Below are positions 57,527 to 64,000 of a stretch of DNA of 64,000 bases, in pieces. This DNA is from Bacteroidota bacterium. Lineage in GTDB: Bacteria; Bacteroidota; Bacteroidia; UBA4408. The notes under the pieces are model-generated. The model was given only the letters and a program-made list of their open reading frames with translations. It searched no databases and was not told where the DNA came from. Position 1 is the stretch's first letter; each line of letters begins with the position of its first letter. Made by a program: the position numbers and the translations under genes. Location: contig JBKCNM010000032.1 in the NCBI GenBank assembly GCA_046297395.1, forward strand, positions 36,312 to 100,311, in the 5' to 3' direction.

Positions 57527-60091
57527 CTAACGCAAGTCGTACCAGTCTTTTTTGCGGCTGAGTTTTAAGTCCTGCAACACTGATGCCCTCACATTGATGT
57601 CTACCGTGTACATTTTACGAGGCCCATAGGGAATCACATTGATGCGCATCTCCCAGCAATGCAGGTCGCGGTACAGGTTAAAATTAGGTATGATTACATC
57701 TTTTGCGGTAAAATCATATCCACTGCTGAACTGCAATTTCCATTTAGGTGTAATGCTCAGGTCACCGTTTACAGATATGGTTTGCACATAGCTTCCTACA
57801 TAGGCAGGTTTATTATAACTGATATTATAAAATACAGAAAGGTTCCAAGGAATATTAAAATCTATGTAGGCATCTCTTTCTGCATTTATCTTTTCTAACT
57901 CCTCTGGCGTGGCTTTATCGGAAGTAACAGGTTTTTTGGCCTGGGGAGGCTTTAAGGTAAATCCAATATTGAGTGCTGAGGAAGTAAGTCTTGCCCACTT
58001 TCCGGTAACATCATATTCCCAAAGTGCGCGTTTTTTGCCGGAATTAACATCCACATAATAAGGATCAACAACTGCTGTGTAGTTGATGTTTATGTTATTG
58101 AACAGAATGGTTCTTGCATTGATATTAAGCGGACTTAACTTCATGGAATCGGCCCGGAGATTGTAAACCGAGCTGAGGTTAAATGCATCGAGCAAGGTAA
58201 TTTTTTTTGCTTCTCCGGTAGTGTCGCCCGGCAGCTTATATTTCATTTGAAGATTGTTGCTAAGTGCAAATGTGGCAGTACTTTGTTTGTTCACAGGAGG
58301 AGCACCGTAGATACTTGTTTCAAAAGGGGAATAAGAGACTGTTTTGCCATTGAATTCATAACTATCGGCACCTGTGATGGTGGGTTGATAAGTATATGTC
58401 ACACTGGGAATCATGAGGTGGCGGAAGCCCTGGATAAAACCTTTCTTAAACAAATAGTAGCCATAGATATTGGTGCGCACGGTGGTGTTTATTCTCAGCG
58501 TTCGAGCAGCGCGAAATCCGCTGATGGTATCAGTAACGAGTGAATCATTTTCACCTGCCTTTACCACGCGTCTATTAATGGTCTTAAGATACCATGCCTC
58601 ATTGTAATTGGCAGCAGGTGTAACAATCAGGTTACGAAACAAACGAAAATTGGTGCTGAGGGATACATCTTGTCGCAATCCGTTGCGCATCACTTTGTCG
58701 AGTCGGTTACGAATATCTCTTATGAAACCGGTATCGGTGGTGGTAATCACATTCCTGAAATCAGCGGCATATACCAGCCTGAGGTCAGTAATAAATTTGG
58801 GTTTCCCAATGGTCCATTTATTACCCAGGGGATTGATTCCAGTCATGTTCAGGGTGAAAGTGGGCAGGTTCAGATTCATGCTTCTGGTGGCTGCATTCTG
58901 ATCCTGAGAAGCAGTGGCATTAAAACTGAAAGGCGTTCCTAAAAATATTTTGGTGTAATTGATGTTGGAGGCAAATGTATTCTGCACATATCCTGCGATG
59001 TCGCGGGAAGCAATGTTACTTACCTTTCCAGCGTTTACGCTGGCTGAAAACCTGCTGTCGGGACGGGCTCTGGCATCCTGGTCGTGCAACCATGTAAAGC
59101 GTATGTCTCGGTTAAGCGCATAATTCGGGAAACCCCTTTCGCCTTGTTTGATATTGGCGTAAGACACACCGATGCTACCCGAGTATTTATAGCGAACGGC
59201 ATACCCGGTTCTCACCCTGCCCCTATAGCTTCCGCGACTGTAGGCATCCACAGAAAATGTCATGTCCAGCTTGTCGTTAATGCCCCAGTAGTAGCCAAGT
59301 TCTTCAAGACCAAACCCGAGGCCGTCAGAATTAAACGGACGAGGCAAAATCAAACCATTGGATCTTCCCTTTTTGTTTGGAAAGAAACCGAATGGAACGG
59401 CGAGCGGGGTAGGAACTCCTGCTACCACCAAATCTGCAGGCCCTGTAACAATTTGTTTGTCCTTAATCACTTTCACTTTCCGGAGCGAAAAATAAAAATG
59501 AGGTGTATCATGTTCGCAGGTAGTGTATTTTCCCCTGCGCATGTAAAAATTATCCGAACTGTCTTTCTTCACTTGGTCGCCATGGAGGAATCCTTCATCC
59601 TGCTTGGTCCTAACATCATGGATTTTCCCTTTTTTGGTTTTGTAGTTATAGGTCATTTTAACGGCCTTAAACTCCTGGTCACCTTGTGTGAAGAGGGGAT
59701 TGCCTATGATTTTTCCAGTTGAATCAGGCAAGCCGTGGGCAAATAGCAAATTCTTCTTGAGGTCTACTCTGATGAATTCCGACTTGAGAGCAATGTCTTC
59801 AAAATACACCTCCGCCTTGCCATAGAGATACACACGCTGACTATCAACTTCGAATCGCATGGAATCATGCGCTAGGTATTTCACCTGAGATTCAAGGGCA
59901 TTCTTTGAAATCTTGACTTCGTTTTTTGGTTTAAAATTCAGGCTATCTGAACCGGTAGTGTCCGGTTTCGTTGGCAGATCACTGTTTTGTGCCCCTGCAA
60001 TATGAGCATGAAGCAGGAGCAATACGATGACAAACAGGCAATGATTGCGGTTAATAACTTCCTTAAAAACTTGCTGAACTGAGGCTGGCAA
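57527..60091 (-). CDS. large outer-membrane protein, putative LPS-assembly protein LptD/OstA-family
   Basis: OstA-like N-terminal region (…KAEVYFEDIALKSEFIRVDL…YTTCEHDTPHFYF…) followed by a ~700-aa beta-rich region. Probable TTG start at 60091, giving signal peptide (M)PASVQQVFKEVINRNHCLFVIVLLLLHAHIAGAQ. The ORF-track extension to 60304 looks non-coding. Confidence 0.55.
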   Translation of the reverse strand: MPASVQQVFKEVINRNHCLFVIVLLLLHAHIAGAQNSDLPTKPDTTGSDSLNFKPKNEVKISKNALESQVKYLAHDSMRFEVDSQRVYLYGKAEVYFEDIALKSEFIRVDLKKNLLFAHGLPDSTGKIIGNPLFTQGDQEFKAVKMTYNYKTKKGKIHDVRTKQDEGFLHGDQVKKDSSDNFYMRRGKYTTCEHDTPHFYFSLRKVKVIKDKQIVTGPADLVVAGVPTPLAVPFGFFPNKKGRSNGLILPRPFNSDGLGFGLEELGYYWGINDKLDMTFSVDAYSRGSYRGRVRTGYAVRYKYSGSIGVSYANIKQGERGFPNYALNRDIRFTWLHDQDARARPDSRFSASVNAGKVSNIASRDIAGYVQNTFASNINYTKIFLGTPFSFNATASQDQNAATRSMNLNLPTFTLNMTGINPLGNKWTIGKPKFITDLRLVYAADFRNVITTTDTGFIRDIRNRLDKVMRNGLRQDVSLSTNFRLFRNLIVTPAANYNEAWYLKTINRRVVKAGENDSLVTDTISGFRAARTLRINTTVRTNIYGYYLFKKGFIQGFRHLMIPSVTYTYQPTITGADSYEFNGKTVSYSPFETSIYGAPPVNKQSTATFALSNNLQMKYKLPGDTTGEAKKITLLDAFNLSSVYNLRADSMKLSPLNINARTILFNNININYTAVVDPYYVDVNSGKKRALWEYDVTGKWARLTSSALNIGFTLKPPQAKKPVTSDKATPEELEKINAERDAYIDFNIPWNLSVFYNISYNKPAYVGSYVQTISVNGDLSITPKWKLQFSSGYDFTAKDVIIPNFNLYRDLHCWEMRINVIPYGPRKMYTVDINVRASVLQDLKLSRKKDWYDLR

Positions 60092-60187
60092 CCGGCTATG
60101 ATTTGGTTTTAATTTGGTCGAGCGCAAATTTAACCAAATTTCGGGGTGTATATTGTAAGCAAATATAATACATGGATAAGTCCTGCC

Positions 60188-61399
60188 ATGACGGCTTGTC
60201 TGCTCATGCTTTTTTGTTGCGTCTTGATACAGGCCGCAGCACCCGTGGGAAAGTTTACGCTTGTGATTGATGCAGGCCATGGGGGTGAGGATCCGGGTTG
60301 CCATGGTGACAGGTTCAAGGAGAAAGAAGTGGCATTGGCTATTGCTCTGAAATTTGGAAAACTTGTAGAGAAGAACTGCCGGGATGTGGAGGTGGTATAT
60401 ACCCGAAAAACGGATGTATTTTTGGAGCTCAATGAGCGGGCGGCCATTGCCAATAATAACAGAGCGGATTTATTTGTATGCATTCATTGCAATGCCTCTC
60501 CCAATCGCAAGGTTTTTGGAAGCGAGACCTATGTGATGGGGTTGCATAAGTCGAAAGGGAATCTGGATGTTGCCAAGAGGGAGAATGCCGCCATCCTTCT
60601 TGAGGAAAACTACCAGAAAAATTATGACAATTTTGATCCCAACTCCGATGAAGCCAATATCATTTTTACGATGTATCAAAATGCTTTTCTGGAACAAAGC
60701 CTGGACCTTGCCTCAAAAATTCAGTATTATTATAATGAGAAAGCCTGCCGTATCAACAAAGGCGTAAAACAGGCAGGTTTTTTGGTATTGTGGAAAACCT
60801 CCATGCCTAGTTTACTTACAGAAACAGGCTTTTTAACAAACCCTGAAGAGGAGAAATTTCTTGGATCAGAAAAAGGGCAGGATCATATGGCACTTTCTTT
60901 GTTTTTGGCATTCCGCAAATACAAAGATGAGGTGATGCAGAAAAAAACTGCACAGGCAGATAGTTTGGAAATGCTTCCCGGTTGCAAATCAGAAAAGAAT
61001 GGCTCAACCCTCCCGCTGGATGATGTGCTCAAGGAAGAGGTAAAAGTCGGGAATGACAAAATGGTTTCAGATGCTGCGCACCAAAATGAGATCAAAGAGA
61101 CACCTCCTGTTCCGGCAGGATATTTCAGTGTTCAATTTTATGGAACGCCTCTGCATGTAAAAGCAAAATCTTCTGAGCTTCGCGGGATAAAGCCTAATCT
61201 TGTTCTTGATATAGGAAAAGGGAAAAAATATTTTTCCGGAGAATTCTATCGTTTTGAAGATGCGATGGAACACCAGAAAAAACTTCGAAAAAAAGGTTTC
61301 GAGGATGCATTTGTAGTGGGCATCAAGGGTAAAAATAGAATTCCTGCAGGTGAGCTCCTGAATGAACAAAAGAAAAATTCAGAAAGCCTTGTTGAATGA
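60188..61399 (+). CDS. N-acetylmuramoyl-L-alanine amidase (Amidase_3) with C-terminal SPOR domain
   Basis: …LVIDAGHGGEDPG… zinc-amidase motifs. C-terminal SPOR-like domain (…YFSVQFYGTPLHVKAKSSEL…). ATG at 60188; the GTG at 60146 is an alternative. Confidence 0.85.
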   Translation: MTACLLMLFCCVLIQAAAPVGKFTLVIDAGHGGEDPGCHGDRFKEKEVALAIALKFGKLVEKNCRDVEVVYTRKTDVFLELNERAAIANNNRADLFVCIHCNASPNRKVFGSETYVMGLHKSKGNLDVAKRENAAILLEENYQKNYDNFDPNSDEANIIFTMYQNAFLEQSLDLASKIQYYYNEKACRINKGVKQAGFLVLWKTSMPSLLTETGFLTNPEEEKFLGSEKGQDHMALSLFLAFRKYKDEVMQKKTAQADSLEMLPGCKSEKNGSTLPLDDVLKEEVKVGNDKMVSDAAHQNEIKETPPVPAGYFSVQFYGTPLHVKAKSSELRGIKPNLVLDIGKGKKYFSGEFYRFEDAMEHQKKLRKKGFEDAFVVGIKGKNRIPAGELLNEQKKNSESLVE

Positions 61400-61441
61400 G
61401 CCCTTTCCACTTGTTCATAAACATGTATATTTGCGAGCACT

Positions 61442-62410
61442 GTGGCATTAAACAGAGAAATTAAAATCGGCCTTGTCATCGCCATTTCGGTGCTGGCATT
61501 CGTATTTGGGTTCAACTTTCTAAAAGGAAAAAACATCTTCGGTTTCAGGAAAACCTATTACGCAGTATATGAGAATGTAAATGGTCTTACCGAATCAAAC
61601 CCTGTTTTTGTCAGAGGGTTAAACATCGGTAATGTAAACAAGATTTATTTCCATCCCCAAGAAACGAATCTGATCATTGTGGAGATTGCGCTGAAAGACC
61701 GGGATTTGCTGATCCCCAAGAATTCTGTTGCCACCATATACTCAAGCAGTCTCTTTGGCGGAATGGCCATAGACTTGAAATACAGCAATGAAAAAACATT
61801 TTACCAGCCGGGAGATACACTGAAGTCTGCTTTGCAAAGCGGCCTCACAGATGAGATTGGCAAGCAGATTGTGCCGGTAAAAGAGAAAGCTGAAAAATTG
61901 CTTGTTTCCATCGATTCCCTTATCAACAACCTGAATACCGTTTTTGCGGGCAAAACCAAGGGTAACCTGAAGCAAAGTATTCAATCGCTAAACACCATGA
62001 CCAACGATCTGGCGGGTTTGGTCAAAGAGCAAAGACAAAGGTTGGGAGAGATTGCTGAGCATGTTCATTCCATCACAAAAAATCTGAAAAACAGCAACAA
62101 GCGTATCGAAAATATCCTTGCCAACCTCAACCAGGTGAGCGATTCTCTCGTGAAGGCCAACATTGCAGGAACTGTTCGCAACGCAAACCAGGCGCTATCA
62201 GATGTGAGTCAGGTAATGGGAAAAATTAACCGGGGTGAAGGTTCACTGGGCATGCTTGTAAACGACCATAAACTTTACAACAACCTTGAGTCCAGTTCAA
62301 GGGATTTGGATAGCCTGCTTGCCGATCTAAAAGCACATCCCGGAAGGTATGTGCATTTTTCTGTTTTTGGTAAAAAAGATAGAAAATCCAAGGCCAAAGC
62401 CGCCAAATAA
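61442..62410 (+). CDS. MlaD/MCE family protein
   Basis: N-terminal TM, MCE domain (…GLNIGNVNKIYF…), long C-terminal coiled coil. GTG start. Confidence 0.75.
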   Translation: MALNREIKIGLVIAISVLAFVFGFNFLKGKNIFGFRKTYYAVYENVNGLTESNPVFVRGLNIGNVNKIYFHPQETNLIIVEIALKDRDLLIPKNSVATIYSSSLFGGMAIDLKYSNEKTFYQPGDTLKSALQSGLTDEIGKQIVPVKEKAEKLLVSIDSLINNLNTVFAGKTKGNLKQSIQSLNTMTNDLAGLVKEQRQRLGEIAEHVHSITKNLKNSNKRIENILANLNQVSDSLVKANIAGTVRNANQALSDVSQVMGKINRGEGSLGMLVNDHKLYNNLESSSRDLDSLLADLKAHPGRYVHFSVFGKKDRKSKAKAAK

Positions 62411-62491
62411 ATCCGCTTGATTAATTTTAGCAAATAACCTTCTTTAACTGCTTATCGCCTGTTTTTTGTTGGGCATAATTTTCTACCTTAG

Positions 62492-63799
<1,308 letters not shown>

Positions 63800-63830
63800 A
63801 CAATAAGCACACAGATAGTCAAACAAAGTC

Positions 63831-64000
63831 ATGGATTCACTCAAGGAAAAATTCATCAGTAAAGCGAAGCCTCTTGCTGCTGAAATCAAACAAATCATCA
63901 AAGAACATGGTGATAAAAAATTAGGGGAGTATAGTGTAGCAGATGTGTACCAGGGAATGAAAGGGATGATTGGCATGGTTACTGAAACATCCAAGCTCGA
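63831..64000 (+). CDS. gltA: citrate synthase, N-terminal fragment (continues past window end)
   Basis: MDSLKEKFISKAKPLAAEIKQIIKEHGDKKLGEYSVADVYQGMKGMIGMVTETSKL matches the citrate synthase N-terminus. Confidence 0.65.
   Translation, partial: MDSLKEKFISKAKPLAAEIKQIIKEHGDKKLGEYSVADVYQGMKGMIGMVTETSKL

Overview
This is a dense chromosomal core region of a gliding, type IX secretion (T9SS)-bearing Bacteroidota genome (about 42% GC, coding on both strands, about 58 protein genes plus one tRNA). Most genes are housekeeping or envelope genes: clpB (5' fragment), csp, lptB, trxA, rlmD, dinB, skp, a TlpA-like protein, a LolA-like protein, ftsK, psd, rlmH, rseP, dxr, ispF, serS, zapA, rny, msrB, a MlaD-like protein, eno and gltA (5' fragment). 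Interleaved are polysaccharide genes (Wzc-type tyrosine kinase, GT4, GT2+DUF4199, PglC-like sugar transferase, DegT aminotransferase) and a gliding/T9SS module: gldJ, a PorP/SprF-family gene, porU, porV, a SprE/PorW-sized TPR lipoprotein and a T9SS C-terminal-domain (CTD) cargo protein. There are also three tandem FKBP peptidyl-prolyl isomerase paralogues. Other notable observations are a tRNA-Ser(GCT) followed by a perfect 46-bp direct repeat of its own 3' end plus terminator, enclosing a degenerate tRNA-like remnant; a perfect 17-bp palindrome upstream of dinB; and a translationally coupled GH3-family adenylating enzyme plus LysE exporter cassette. Many genes start with TTG or GTG, and several ORF-track N-termini are artefactual extensions. 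I found no CRISPR array, integrase, transposase, phage genes or recognisable defence system. I could not identify an undescribed biological system in this window.
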